From: a virus
Taxonomy: Duplodnaviria > Caudoviricetes
Direction: 5' to 3' (one strand)
Length of the DNA: 64,000 bases
Virus record (IMG/VR): IMGVR_UViG_3300033388_000803
Location: 343 to 64,342 of that record
The translations under genes were made by a program, and so were the position numbers. Below, piece by piece: positions 18,455 through 29,700 of the stretch. Numbering within the stretch: the stretch's first letter is position 1; the number at the start of each line of letters is the position of its first letter. Under the pieces are notes generated by a model that was not told the origin of the DNA, searched no databases, and worked only from the letters and a program-made list of their open reading frames with translations.

Positions 18455-20892
18455 TGGATAACGTAACTATTGACATAAAATCAGCATCATTTCCCGATCA
18501 ATTTGCACCTGATTCAGAAAAAAAAACTAAAGAGTTTGGGTTACAAGTAGGTCAGGCTATTCAATACGAGTGGTTTAGAAAAGAAGGAGTTAATCAATGT
18601 AGGTTTTACAGTCAGTGGTTAGAGTTTAATAGATTAAGATTATATGCTAGAGGAGAACAATCAATTGCTAAATATAAAAACGAATTAGCTGTAGATGGAG
18701 ACTTATCATATTTAAATCTTGATTGGACGCCAGTACCTATTATACCTAAGTTTGTAGATATTGTTGTAAACGGTATGAGTGATAGATTATTCACAATAAA
18801 GACATATGCACAAGATGCAATGTCATCAGAAAAAAGAGGTAAGTTTCAGCAAATGGTTGAAACAAATGTTATAGCCAAACCTTTATTCAAACAAATAGAA
18901 CAAGATTTTGGGATGGATGTGTTTCAGGTTAATCCTGACGAGCTACCAGAAAGTGATTTAGAGATGGAGCTTTATATGCAAATGAATTACAAGCCAGCTG
19001 TAGAGATGGCAAATGAAATTGCTATTAACACAATGTTAGAAGAAAATCATTATGACCAGATTCGTAAAAGATGTGACATGGACTTAATGACCTTAGGAGT
19101 TTCTATGGTAAAACACGAGTTTCAGTTAGGCGATGGTATTAAAGTAAAATATGTAGACCCAGCAAATGTTGTTTATAGCTATACTGAAGACCCATACTTT
19201 AAAGATTGTTTTTATTGGGGAGAAGTTAAGACAATACCTATAACAGAAGTTTTAAAAATAAATCCTGATTTAACTCAGGAGGATATGAAAGAAATATCTA
19301 AGTATAGTCAGTCATGGTATGACTATTATAATGTTGCTCAGATGTACGAAAACAGTATGTTCTATAGAGATACTTGTACTCTTTTGTACTTTAACTACAA
19401 ATCAACTGAAAGTTTTGTTTACAAAAAGAAACAAACTTCCGAAGGAAATTATACAACCGTCCCTAAAGATGATCAATTTAATCCACCAGAAGAAATGATG
19501 GAGGAAGGTAAATTTGAAAGAGTAGAAAAAAGAATTGATGTTTGGTATGAGGGTGTTATGGTAATGGGAACAAATATTATATTAAAGTGGGAGATGGCTA
19601 AAAATATGGTTAGACCGCAATCTGCTAGTCAATATGCAATGCCTAATTATGTAGCAACAGCACCAAGAATGTACAAGGGTAACATAGAGTCATTAGTTAG
19701 ACGGATGATACCTTTTGCTGACCTAATACAGTTAACTCATTTAAAACTACAACAGGTTATTTCTAAGGTTGTGCCAGACGGTGTGTTTATAGATGCAGAT
19801 GGAATGAATGAAGTAGATTTAGGAACTGGAAATGCATATGATCCATCTGACGCTTTAAGATTATATTTTCAAACTGGTAGCGTTGTTGGTAGAAGTTATA
19901 CTCAAGATGGAGACTTTAATCAAGCAAGAGTACCTATTACACAGTTAACCTCATCTAGTGGTTCTCAAAAAATGCAAATGTTAATTGGTAATTATAATCA
20001 TTATTTAGATATGATTAGGCAGGTTACTGGATTAAATGAAGCAAGAGATGGTTCTACGCCTGATGCTTACTCTTTAGTAGGTGTGCAAAAATTAGCTGCA
20101 CTAAATTCAAATACTGCAACAAGACATATTTTAGAAGGTAGTTTGTTTTTAACACAAACACTAGCCGAAGCATTATCAATAAGAACGGCTGATGTATTAG
20201 AGTATTCAGATTTTGCTGATGAGTTTGCAATGCAAATAGGTAAATATAATATAGGGTTATTAGAAGATATTAAAAATTTATACCTATATGACTTTGGTAT
20301 ATTTATTGAAATGTCACCAGATGCAGAAGAAAAAGCAATGTTAGAACAAAACATTCAAATGGCTTTATCAAAAGGGGGAATAGACCTTGAGGATGCTATT
20401 GATATTAGAGAAATTAAAAATATCAAAATGGCTAACCAGTTATTAAAAGTAAAGCGTAAGCAAAAACAACAACAAGAACAACAGCAAAAAGCTACTGAGA
20501 TGCAGATGCAACAACAAAATAATATGCAATCTCAACAAGCTGCTGCTCAAATTCAAATGCAAAAAATTCAGATGGAGACTCAATCTAAAATGCAGGTTAA
20601 GCAAGCAGAGATAGGTTTTGAAATAGAAAAGCTTAAAAATGAGGCTGCATTGAAAGAACAATTAATGTTAACTGAATTCCAATTCCAAATGCAATTAAAA
20701 GGAAGAGAGGAACAGGCGATAAACAATAGAGAACAAAATAGAGAGAAGGCTAAAGATAAAAGAATTACTCAACAGTCTACTCAGCAGTCTCAAATGATTA
20801 CTCAGAGAAAAAACAATTTACCTCCTATAACTTTCGAATCTAATGAAGATAGTTTAGATGGTTTTGATATGGCTGAGTTTGATCCAAGATAA
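18454..20892 (+). CDS. portal protein
   Basis: 812 aa after TerL; PIIPKFVDIVVNG motif; Gln-rich coiled-coil tail typical of podoviral portals. Confidence 0.88.
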   Translation: MDNVTIDIKSASFPDQFAPDSEKKTKEFGLQVGQAIQYEWFRKEGVNQCRFYSQWLEFNRLRLYARGEQSIAKYKNELAVDGDLSYLNLDWTPVPIIPKFVDIVVNGMSDRLFTIKTYAQDAMSSEKRGKFQQMVETNVIAKPLFKQIEQDFGMDVFQVNPDELPESDLEMELYMQMNYKPAVEMANEIAINTMLEENHYDQIRKRCDMDLMTLGVSMVKHEFQLGDGIKVKYVDPANVVYSYTEDPYFKDCFYWGEVKTIPITEVLKINPDLTQEDMKEISKYSQSWYDYYNVAQMYENSMFYRDTCTLLYFNYKSTESFVYKKKQTSEGNYTTVPKDDQFNPPEEMMEEGKFERVEKRIDVWYEGVMVMGTNIILKWEMAKNMVRPQSASQYAMPNYVATAPRMYKGNIESLVRRMIPFADLIQLTHLKLQQVISKVVPDGVFIDADGMNEVDLGTGNAYDPSDALRLYFQTGSVVGRSYTQDGDFNQARVPITQLTSSSGSQKMQMLIGNYNHYLDMIRQVTGLNEARDGSTPDAYSLVGVQKLAALNSNTATRHILEGSLFLTQTLAEALSIRTADVLEYSDFADEFAMQIGKYNIGLLEDIKNLYLYDFGIFIEMSPDAEEKAMLEQNIQMALSKGGIDLEDAIDIREIKNIKMANQLLKVKRKQKQQQEQQQKATEMQMQQQNNMQSQQAAAQIQMQKIQMETQSKMQVKQAEIGFEIEKLKNEAALKEQLMLTEFQFQMQLKGREEQAINNREQNREKAKDKRITQQSTQQSQMITQRKNNLPPITFESNEDSLDGFDMAEFDPR

Positions 20893-20918
20893 CCTTAAAA
20901 AAGGTGTATTATAATTAT

Positions 20919-20926
20919 TAACTTTG
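20919..20926 (+). promoter_or_regulatory. -7 element TAACTTTG
   Basis: TAnnTTTG upstream of scaffold gene. Confidence 0.6.
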
Positions 20927-20946
20927 TATAAATTAAATTAAATAAA

Positions 20947-22080
20947 ATGGAAATTAAAGTAAAAGAAGTTTCAAAAGAAGAAAAGTCAACACAACAAATT
21001 GAAAAAGAACTTTTAGAAAAGCATGAAGAAAAGTTTGAAAATGTTGAAAAAGTTGATGAAACAGAAAAAATAAATGTTCCTGTTAATCAGGAAACACCAG
21101 CAACTGAAGAGAAAGTTGCTGAACCAGAAACAACTCCATCGTTAGAGTTAAATGACGAAGACGTTCTTAAATATATTAAAAACAGGTATGATAAAGAAAT
21201 ATCGTCTGTTGATGAATTGTTTGCACAAAAAGAAGCAAACATAGAATTACCAGAAGATGTTTCTGCATATATGGAGTATAAAAAAGAAACAGGGCGTGGT
21301 ATTGAAGACTTTTATAAATTACAAAAAGACTTTGGTGCTATGGACTCTGATCAACTATTAGCTGAATATTATAATGCAACTGAAGAAGGTTTAGATGCTG
21401 TTGATATTCAAGATTTAATTGATGATAACTTTGGTTATGATGAAGAGATAGATGAACCAAAAACTATTAAGAAATTAAATTTAGCTAAAAAAAGAGAACT
21501 TGCGAAAGCAAAAAAATATTTCAATGAACAGAAAGATAAATATAAAATTCCTCTTGAGTCAAGTGGGAGTGGATTATCTGACGCAGACAAAGAAAGTTTA
21601 AATGCTTATAAAAGTTACATCGAGGAATCTAATACTGCAAAAGAGGCTAATGCAAAAAGATACAATTATTTTCTCAAGAAAACTGATGAGGTTTTCAGCA
21701 ATGAGTTCAAAGGTTTTGAGTTCAATGTAGGGGAAAAGAGTTTTACTTTTAAGCCTGGAGATTCGGCTGAATTAAAAAACAAGCAATCTGATGTCAATAC
21801 ATTTTTAAATAAATTTATGGATAAAGATGGTTTAATGATAGATGCAGCTGGTTACCATAAAGCAATATCTATGGCAATGAATCCAGAAAAGTATGCAAAG
21901 TTTTTTTACGACCAAGGTGTTTCTGATACTGTAGACAATGTTTCAAAAAAATCAAAAAACATTAATATGGATATTAGACAAGCACAACAAAGCGTAACAA
22001 AAGATGGTAGAACCATACGAGCAGTAAAATCTAATGATAGTGGAAGAGGACTCAAAATTAGAAGTATAAAACGAGTATAA
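20947..22080 (+). CDS. capsid scaffolding protein
   Basis: Acidic, helical, located between portal and MCP. Confidence 0.7.
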   Translation: MEIKVKEVSKEEKSTQQIEKELLEKHEEKFENVEKVDETEKINVPVNQETPATEEKVAEPETTPSLELNDEDVLKYIKNRYDKEISSVDELFAQKEANIELPEDVSAYMEYKKETGRGIEDFYKLQKDFGAMDSDQLLAEYYNATEEGLDAVDIQDLIDDNFGYDEEIDEPKTIKKLNLAKKRELAKAKKYFNEQKDKYKIPLESSGSGLSDADKESLNAYKSYIEESNTAKEANAKRYNYFLKKTDEVFSNEFKGFEFNVGEKSFTFKPGDSAELKNKQSDVNTFLNKFMDKDGLMIDAAGYHKAISMAMNPEKYAKFFYDQGVSDTVDNVSKKSKNINMDIRQAQQSVTKDGRTIRAVKSNDSGRGLKIRSIKRV

Positions 22081-22099
22081 ATTTTAAAAAAAATTAATT

Positions 22100-23566
22100 A
22101 TGTCAGTACAAGCAGTCCCTGGCTTTGACTTGCAGCCAAGTGCTCAGCAAGTAGCCACAAGAACAAACTACATAACAAACTTTGACTTTCTAAGTCAGTA
22201 TCTACCAGATACTTATGAGAAAGAATTTGAGCGTTATGGAAATAGATCAGTTGCATCATTCTTAAGAATGGTAGGAGCTGAGATGCCAACTAACTCAGAT
22301 TTGATAAAGTGGGCAGAACAAGGAAGATTACATAGTAAGTATACAGCAATGACAACTCCAGCAGCAGCAGGAGCTAACACAGCAGTATGGACTATTCCTT
22401 TAGCACAAGTAAATCCACCGTCACCACCTGCATCTTCTGCACCAGCTAATGGTTTTGCAGCAATAAGAGTTGGTCAGACAGTTATGATTTCACTTGAAAC
22501 AAATGGAACGACTTTATATAACAAAGCTATCGTAACAGCAGCACCTACAGCAGCAGCACCAAACGTATTCACAGTTGGATACTATGAGGCTACTGGACAG
22601 GCGTGGGCAGGAGCAGGAACAACAGCTTCTATGTTTATATACGGTTCTGAATTTGCAAAAGGAACACCTGGAATGGCTGGTTCTAACGAATCTCAAGATT
22701 TCATTTTTGATAACAAGCCTATTATTATTAAAGATCAGTATACAGTAAATGGTTCTGATATGGCTCAAATCGGTTGGATTGAAGTTACAACTGAAAATGG
22801 AGCAAATGGATACCTATGGTATTTAAAATCAGAGCATGAAACTAGAATGCGTTTCGAAGATTACTTAGAAACTGCAATGGTAGAAACTGTACCAGCAGAT
22901 GCACTTTCTGGAGCTGGAGATTTTATTCAGAACGCACCTGGAGCATCGGTAGCAAACCAATCTGGATCTGATGGTATTTTCTGGGCAGTTGAAAACAGAG
23001 GAAACGTATGGAGTGGTGGTAACCCAGTTACTCTAGCAGGTTTTGATTCTGTAATTCAGAGATTAGACAGACAAGGTTCTATCGAAGAAAATGTTCTTTT
23101 TGTAAATAGAAATTTCTCATTTGACATTGATGATATGTTAGCAGCACAAAACTCTTACGGAGCTGGTGGTACTTCATATGGTCTTTTTGATAATGATAAA
23201 GAAATGGCTTTAAATTTAGGTTTCACAGGATTCCGTAGAGGATATGACTTCTACAAGTCTGACTGGAAATACCTAAACGATCCTACAATGAGAGGTGATA
23301 TTGAAGGAGGACGAGTTAATGGACTTATGGTTCCAGCTGGTTCAACTACTGTATATGACCAAATCTTAGGAAAGAATGCAAAGAGACCATTCCTTCATGT
23401 AAGATATAGAGCTTCAGAAACAGAAGACAGACGTTATAAAACTTGGATTACTGGTTCTGCTGGTGGTGCAAGAACAAACACGACTGATAGTATGACTGTA
23501 AACTTCTTATCTGAAAGAGCTGTATGTACTTTAGGAGCGAATAACTTCTTTATATTCCAGCAATAA
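22100..23566 (+). CDS. major capsid protein
   Basis: 488 aa, synteny, strong codon bias, followed by strong terminator. Confidence 0.88.
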   Translation: MSVQAVPGFDLQPSAQQVATRTNYITNFDFLSQYLPDTYEKEFERYGNRSVASFLRMVGAEMPTNSDLIKWAEQGRLHSKYTAMTTPAAAGANTAVWTIPLAQVNPPSPPASSAPANGFAAIRVGQTVMISLETNGTTLYNKAIVTAAPTAAAPNVFTVGYYEATGQAWAGAGTTASMFIYGSEFAKGTPGMAGSNESQDFIFDNKPIIIKDQYTVNGSDMAQIGWIEVTTENGANGYLWYLKSEHETRMRFEDYLETAMVETVPADALSGAGDFIQNAPGASVANQSGSDGIFWAVENRGNVWSGGNPVTLAGFDSVIQRLDRQGSIEENVLFVNRNFSFDIDDMLAAQNSYGAGGTSYGLFDNDKEMALNLGFTGFRRGYDFYKSDWKYLNDPTMRGDIEGGRVNGLMVPAGSTTVYDQILGKNAKRPFLHVRYRASETEDRRYKTWITGSAGGARTNTTDSMTVNFLSERAVCTLGANNFFIFQQ

Positions 23567-23585
23567 GCAGGTAGTATAATTACTT

Positions 23586-23618
23586 AGAATAGGGGGGATA
23601 AACTCCCCCCTTTCTTTT
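23586..23618 (+). terminator. intrinsic terminator after MCP
   Basis: AGGGGGGA-TAAAC-TCCCCCCT followed by TTCTTTT. Confidence 0.85.
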
Positions 23619-23647
23619 AACTTAAATTAAAATTAAAATTAAATAAA

Positions 23648-24397
23648 ATGAAACCAATATTTGAAAATAAAGCCTATAGGCTTGTGAGTAACAAAAGACC
23701 TTTAGCTTTTATGTTAGCCTCACGCCACAACAAAAGATCCCCATTATTACACTTTGATGAAGAAACAGGAGTTAACAGACCTCTTCGTTATGCAAGAAAT
23801 CAAAAAAGCCCATTTGAAGATGAGCAAGATGGAAATGCAATATTAGAGCCTATAGTATTTGAGGATGGAATGCTAGTCGTTCAAAAACAAAATCAAGTTC
23901 TACAAAAATTTTTACATCTACACCCAGGTAATGGGACTATCTTTTACGAAATAAATGAAAAACAAGATGCTGTTAATCAATTAGAATATGTTGAAGCAGA
24001 ATTAGATGCACAAATTTTAGCCAGAGAATTAGAAACCGAAAAACTTATTACTGTATGTAGAGTATTTTTAGGTGCAGCTGTAGATAAAATGTCTATACCT
24101 GAGCTTAAAAGAGATGTATTAATGTATGCTAAAAATCAACCTTTTGAGTTTTTAGAAATATTAGATGATCCTATGTTAGAAGTGCAGGATCATGTAGCTC
24201 AATTCTTTGCTCAATCTTTATTAATTTACAAAAACAATAATAAAGATGTATACTTTAATTTACCTAAAAACAAAAGTAAAATGTTGACAGTTCCTTTTGG
24301 TGAAGAAGGAGTTTATATTGTTGCATCTTATATGCAGTCTGATGATGGTATTGAAACATACAAGCTATTGAAAAAAGCCTTAAAGAAAGACAAATAG
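23648..24397 (+). CDS. conserved head-associated protein
   Basis: 249 aa after MCP; LRYARNQKSPF.DEQ motif. Confidence 0.7.
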   Translation: MKPIFENKAYRLVSNKRPLAFMLASRHNKRSPLLHFDEETGVNRPLRYARNQKSPFEDEQDGNAILEPIVFEDGMLVVQKQNQVLQKFLHLHPGNGTIFYEINEKQDAVNQLEYVEAELDAQILARELETEKLITVCRVFLGAAVDKMSIPELKRDVLMYAKNQPFEFLEILDDPMLEVQDHVAQFFAQSLLIYKNNNKDVYFNLPKNKSKMLTVPFGEEGVYIVASYMQSDDGIETYKLLKKALKKDK

Positions 24398-24403
24398 ATT
24401 AAG

Positions 24404-24411
24404 TATATTTG
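24404..24411 (+). promoter_or_regulatory. -7 element TATATTTG
   Basis: TAnnTTTG in intergenic gap. Confidence 0.65.
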
Positions 24412-24452
24412 CACTACAAGTAATATTTTTTTTTAACTTAAAATTTTTTAAA

Positions 24453-24773
24453 ATGGTAAAATATCTAGAAATCCCAATGTCAGGTACAGGGGAAACTTTT
24501 CAATTAGTAGGAATTAACGGAGTAATTGCTGTTGAACAAGCAAGTACAACTACAGTAACATTAGCTTATAATGCAGCAGGGCCAGTCGTTGCAACACTAA
24601 CTTTAGGAGCAGCTATGGCTGCAAATGATAATACGGTTAGAGATGCTGTGCAAGACGCTATGATTACGGCTTTACAAACAGGATGGACTTCTCCGAAGTT
24701 TAGACTAAGTTTAGCAGGTCTTGAAGATGCAGCAGGTGCTGCTGTAACAGTTACAGGAATAGCAGTTGCGTAA
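24453..24773 (+). CDS. small virion protein (decoration-like)
   Basis: 106 aa Ala/Thr-rich, has own promoter and terminator. Confidence 0.7.
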   Translation: MVKYLEIPMSGTGETFQLVGINGVIAVEQASTTTVTLAYNAAGPVVATLTLGAAMAANDNTVRDAVQDAMITALQTGWTSPKFRLSLAGLEDAAGAAVTVTGIAVA

Positions 24774-24792
24774 CAATTATTCTTAAGTATTT

Positions 24793-24828
24793 AAGAGAGG
24801 TCACAAAAAAAGTGACCTCTTTTTTTTT
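24793..24828 (+). terminator. intrinsic terminator
   Basis: AGAGGTCAC-A7-GTGACCTCT plus T-run. Confidence 0.9.
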
Positions 24829-24830
24829 GC

Positions 24831-24838
24831 TATATTTG
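24831..24838 (+). promoter_or_regulatory. -7 element TATATTTG
   Basis: Immediately after terminator, upstream of tail genes. Confidence 0.65.
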
Positions 24839-24861
24839 TAAATATTTAAAATGTATTTTCT

Positions 24862-25845
24862 ATGGCTATGATCAATAACGTAAGGAATACAGTATTGGCA
24901 ATTATAAATAAAAATAATTACGGATACTTATCTCCTCAAGACTTCAATCTGTATGCTCAACAGGCACAGATGGATTTATTTGAAGATTATTTTTATCAAT
25001 ACAATCAATATATAAATAGAGAAAACTTAAGGCAGTCAGGAACTGGGTATGCAGATATAGTAAAAGGATTAGAAGAAGTAATAGATTCTTTTTCAGTACA
25101 AACATTTTTAACATCGGGAGGTGCAAATACATGGACACTACCATCGGACTATTATTTAGTAAACAAAATATTTCACTACCCTAGACTATTAACTTCTGGA
25201 ACTACTACGTCAACTAACCCAAATCAGCTTATAAATGCGGCTTTAATAGGACAGACATCCCCACCTCGTTTTGATACAGGTGTAACAGGATTTACAATTT
25301 TTCCCGCAACAGGTAGCTTGGTGGTAAACACAGATACATTAAAACAATCTTTTGTAAATAATGTTGTAAGTTCTACTACATTAAACTTAGCAACAGATAT
25401 TTTTCAATCAGCTGTTATACCACCAAATGAAAACTACAGTATATTTGATGCTAACACAATAGTAGAGGTAGAAAGAGTAAGTCAAAATAAGTTGTTTTAT
25501 TTAACAAGCTCTACACTAACAGCACCAACCTCATTATTTCCTGCTTATGTATTAGATGGAAATACTATAACAGTATATCCAAGCAGTATACAGGCAACTG
25601 GTGCAATTAAAACACAATACGTTAGATATCCTAAGCCACCAAAATGGACTTTTGCAACTATTACTTTAGGAGAACCTTTGTTTGATGCAACCGCAGCTGA
25701 CTTTCAAGATTTTGAATTACCTCTTTCTGATGAGCCAGGATTAATTGCAAAGATATGTCAGTATGTAGGGGTTGAAATAAGAGAGGCTGACGTTTATAAT
25801 TTTGGATCTACAGAAGAGGTTCAAGAAAACCAAATACAAGTATAA
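24862..25845 (+). CDS. tail ring / tubular protein A-like
   Basis: NKNNYGY.SP.DFN..A.QAQ, LPSDYY, YVRYP..P.W motifs of crAss-like ring proteins. Confidence 0.75.
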   Translation: MAMINNVRNTVLAIINKNNYGYLSPQDFNLYAQQAQMDLFEDYFYQYNQYINRENLRQSGTGYADIVKGLEEVIDSFSVQTFLTSGGANTWTLPSDYYLVNKIFHYPRLLTSGTTTSTNPNQLINAALIGQTSPPRFDTGVTGFTIFPATGSLVVNTDTLKQSFVNNVVSSTTLNLATDIFQSAVIPPNENYSIFDANTIVEVERVSQNKLFYLTSSTLTAPTSLFPAYVLDGNTITVYPSSIQATGAIKTQYVRYPKPPKWTFATITLGEPLFDATAADFQDFELPLSDEPGLIAKICQYVGVEIREADVYNFGSTEEVQENQIQV

Positions 25846-25848
25846 CAC

Positions 25849-26769
25849 ATGGCATATATTACTGACTATCAATATTATGAAAACAACGGAGTATCTCCTT
25901 TAGAAAAAAACTGGGGGTCATATCAGTATGTAAGTTTAGAAGATATAGTTCAAAACTTTATGCTAATATATAATGGAAATAACGAAATACTAAACAACGT
26001 AGAAAGATACCAAGTTTTGTTTCATGCCAAAAGAGGAATACAAGAATTAAACTATGATGCAATGAAGGAGATTAAAATCCTTCAGTTAACTGTAGATTCT
26101 CAAATAAGATTTGTATTGCCACAAGACTATGTTAATTATGTAAGAATATCTTATTATAGAGATGGGGTTCTTTATCCTATGACTGAAAACATTCAGACTA
26201 TGTGGAGTGGAGCATACTTGCAAGATAATGACGCTAAAATATTATTTGATATTAATGGTAACGTACTAAAGCCTGAAAACTCACAGGTTGATTTGTCTAG
26301 ACAAGGAGGTGGTATGACGCAAATGTATTTAGGTGGCGGCCCTTATCATGGTCAAATGGGATATTGTTGTGACGGAGAGTGGTATTTTGATTACGCAATA
26401 GGCACAAGGTATGGTTTAAACACAGAGACAGCTAATGCAAATCCATTGTTTACAATCAACAAACAAGAAGGTGCTATATATTTTAGTTCAGATATGAGTG
26501 GCAAATCAGTTGTTTTAGAGTATGTTTCTGACGGAATGAAAAATGGTAATGATTCTGAAATAAATGTAAATAAATTATTTGAAGAGTTTATATATGCATA
26601 CATAAGATACTCTTTATTAAACAGTAAGTTTGGCGTACAAGAATACATAGTTAATAGAGCAAGAAAAGAAAAGTCAGCACTATTAAGAAATGCTAAGTTA
26701 AGATTAAGTAATATGCATCCAGGCAGATTGCTAATGAACATGAGAGGTCAGGATAAATGGATAAAATAG
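25849..26769 (+). CDS. second tail ring protein
   Basis: KRGIQELNYD, LPQDYVNYVRIS, LEYVSDG motifs. Confidence 0.75.
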   Translation: MAYITDYQYYENNGVSPLEKNWGSYQYVSLEDIVQNFMLIYNGNNEILNNVERYQVLFHAKRGIQELNYDAMKEIKILQLTVDSQIRFVLPQDYVNYVRISYYRDGVLYPMTENIQTMWSGAYLQDNDAKILFDINGNVLKPENSQVDLSRQGGGMTQMYLGGGPYHGQMGYCCDGEWYFDYAIGTRYGLNTETANANPLFTINKQEGAIYFSSDMSGKSVVLEYVSDGMKNGNDSEINVNKLFEEFIYAYIRYSLLNSKFGVQEYIVNRARKEKSALLRNAKLRLSNMHPGRLLMNMRGQDKWIK

Positions 26770-26770
26770 T

Positions 26771-29700
26771 ATGGATATTAACACTAATTTTATAGCAGGT
26801 AAAATGAATAAAAGCGTTGATGAACGCTTAATACCTAAAGGACAATACATAGACGCACTTAATGTTAGACTAGGATCAACAGAAACAACCGAAATAGGTG
26901 CAGTTGAAAATTCAAAAGGAAATACTATATTAACTGACATTGGGTATCAGGGAGTAACTCTTTCAAGCAATGCAACCTGTATAGGTGCTTTTGAAGATGG
27001 GGTTAATGAAAATATATATTGGTTTGTTCACGACCCTACTTCGGCCTTATCAGCTTCTGGTAAGATAGACATGATATTGTCTTATAATGTTTCTGGCCAA
27101 TCTACAACATATCATGTTGTTAGTGAAACTGTTTTAAATTTTAATCCTCTTTATTTAATTACTGGTATTGATTTAATTGAAGATTTATTGTTTTTTACAG
27201 ACGATATAAATCCACCTAGAAAAATAAATATTAATAGAAATTATCCTGAGCCAAATGTTTCAGGAGATCAAATAACTGAAGAAGAGTTAAATGTAATTGT
27301 GAAACCACCAGGGTTTAGTTCATACACAAATAGTTTAGGAGTTGTAGAAGAAGAATTACCTGCACCAACACTTGTTTTATCTAATGTCGTTGGTGATGAA
27401 AATTATATAAAAGATAAATTTATATGTTTTGCATATAGATATCAATATAGAGAAAATGAATATAGTGCTACTTCTTTGTTTACCACACCATCTTTTGAGC
27501 CAGGTCTATTTAAATACGATAAGGCAAATCAAAATAATGCTGGAATGGAAAACGTTTATAATAGCGTTGACATTACTTTTAATACAGGTGGCTCACTTGT
27601 TATAGCTATAGAGTTGCTATTTAAAGAATCGGCTACCAACACTATAAATGTAATTGAAAGGTTTGATAAGTCTGATTTAGGCTGGTCTGACAACGACCAA
27701 CAAACATTTCGTTTTACAAATTCTAAAATATATACTGTTTTAGGAAGCGATGAGTTATTGAGACTGTATGATAATGTTCCTAGATTTGCTAAGTCTCAAA
27801 CTATAATGGGCAACAGATTAATTTATGGACACTATATAGATCAATACGATATAGAAACAGCAGACGGACAACAAATACCTATAGACTTTAGAACAACGGG
27901 TTCTTCTGTAGGAATTGAAAGTGAAGTAGTATCTTTTGATTTATTAGGAATAGGTGATGCTAATCAAATAGACCCCGCAGTGGGAACATCTTTTTTTGTA
28001 CCGTTTTCTTATGGTAGATGGAATTTACCTAGCTCTAACATACCATTACCTATACTAAAAAATGCTGAGTTTAATGTAAAGGTAAAGATAACATCAACGG
28101 CTGCATATGCTCCTGGAGCACCTGGATATTTAGATTTAGGAGGAGATACAGCAGATCCTTTATTTCCTACTGGATTTAAAACTAACACTTTATCTAGTCA
28201 ACCCGAAATTTCTGTACGAATAATTGCTAGAAATAACTACGCTACATATATAGACTTTACTAATTCATTAGAGTTTCAAGAGGCTTTTGGAGTTGGAGTG
28301 CCTGGAACACCTGGTTCAACTATAACTCCCATTACCCCTGGAGCATCTTATGGGTTTTCTTTGTCTGATCAATTTTATGCATTAATACAACCCCCTACAA
28401 CTCCAACTTATGCTGTGGATTATGTTTTTAAAACAGCTGGTAAATGGGATCCAGGATCAGGAGCTCCTATACCAGCTCAAGAAGGGTATAAAATGGAATC
28501 GTTTTCTACAGGAGTAAGATTACAACAACCGTCAGTTCAATATCAGTATGATGACGGGGTGGGTAATATAGTTAATGTTTACGAATATTTTGCTTTTTCT
28601 GTTACATCAATTACTGTTGCTGGGCCTCCTGCTATTGGAACGTCTACCGACTGTACTATTTCTTTTTCAAATATATCTAACTCTGCCAGTTTACATAGTA
28701 ATAGAAATTTTGAAACAGGAATTATGTATATGGATGATTATGGAAGATCTACTACCGTTCTTGTTTCTCCTAATAATACTGTGTTTTTTCCAGCAGCCGA
28801 CTCTGTAAGTATAAATACTATTATTGCTACTGTAAATAATAAGCCTCCTTTTTGGGCTAGTCGTTATAAATTTTTTGTGAAACCATCTTTAGGTGCTTAT
28901 AATATAATTTATAGTGACGCAATATTTACCGATCAATTTGATCAAGGATTAGCATGGGTAAGGCTTGAAGGAGATGCTACCTCTATAGTTAATAAGAACG
29001 ATATATTAACTGTAAAAATACAGTCAGATGGACAAGTAGTTCCTAGGCTTGTTACTACTACAGTATTAGAAGTTGAAGCAAAAAATAGAGGAGGTACAGG
29101 TACAGGACAAGATAACAATTTACCTGCTGGAGCACCTGCTGGTTTATATATGTTAATACGCCCACAAGGATTTCGTGCATCAACCTCCGCTAATGCACTT
29201 ATAGATAACGGATATAAAAGTGTAGACGCAACTTCAGGTTTTGGAACTGTAGAGTATCCATGTTTTACTACAGATAGTGCAGGTAATCCATTAGTATACA
29301 ATTTACCACAGGGGTCTGAGGTATCACTGACTTTTAGAACATGGAGAGGATATGCGTGGTTTGCTAAATGCGATATGAATTATGAAACAGTTCCGTTTAA
29401 GTTTGAAGTAACTGCCTCTAGCACTGCACAAAATCTTAAAGACTTTTTTGATCAAGAAGGAATAAACCCTAACAACTTTATGCAAAACACAGAGTGTGTT
29501 GACGATATGAAGGCAGTTTATTATCCAACACAATATGCTATTGGACAAGGGCCATCAGACAGCTCTAGCCTTATACCAGAATTACAGTTTTGGTTTACTT
29601 CTGACAATTATTCTTCATCTTCAAGTGAATTATTTTTAAACGTAAGATCAATATTTCCAGTGGCTACTGGTTTTCTTAGAACCGACATAAGACCTGTAAA

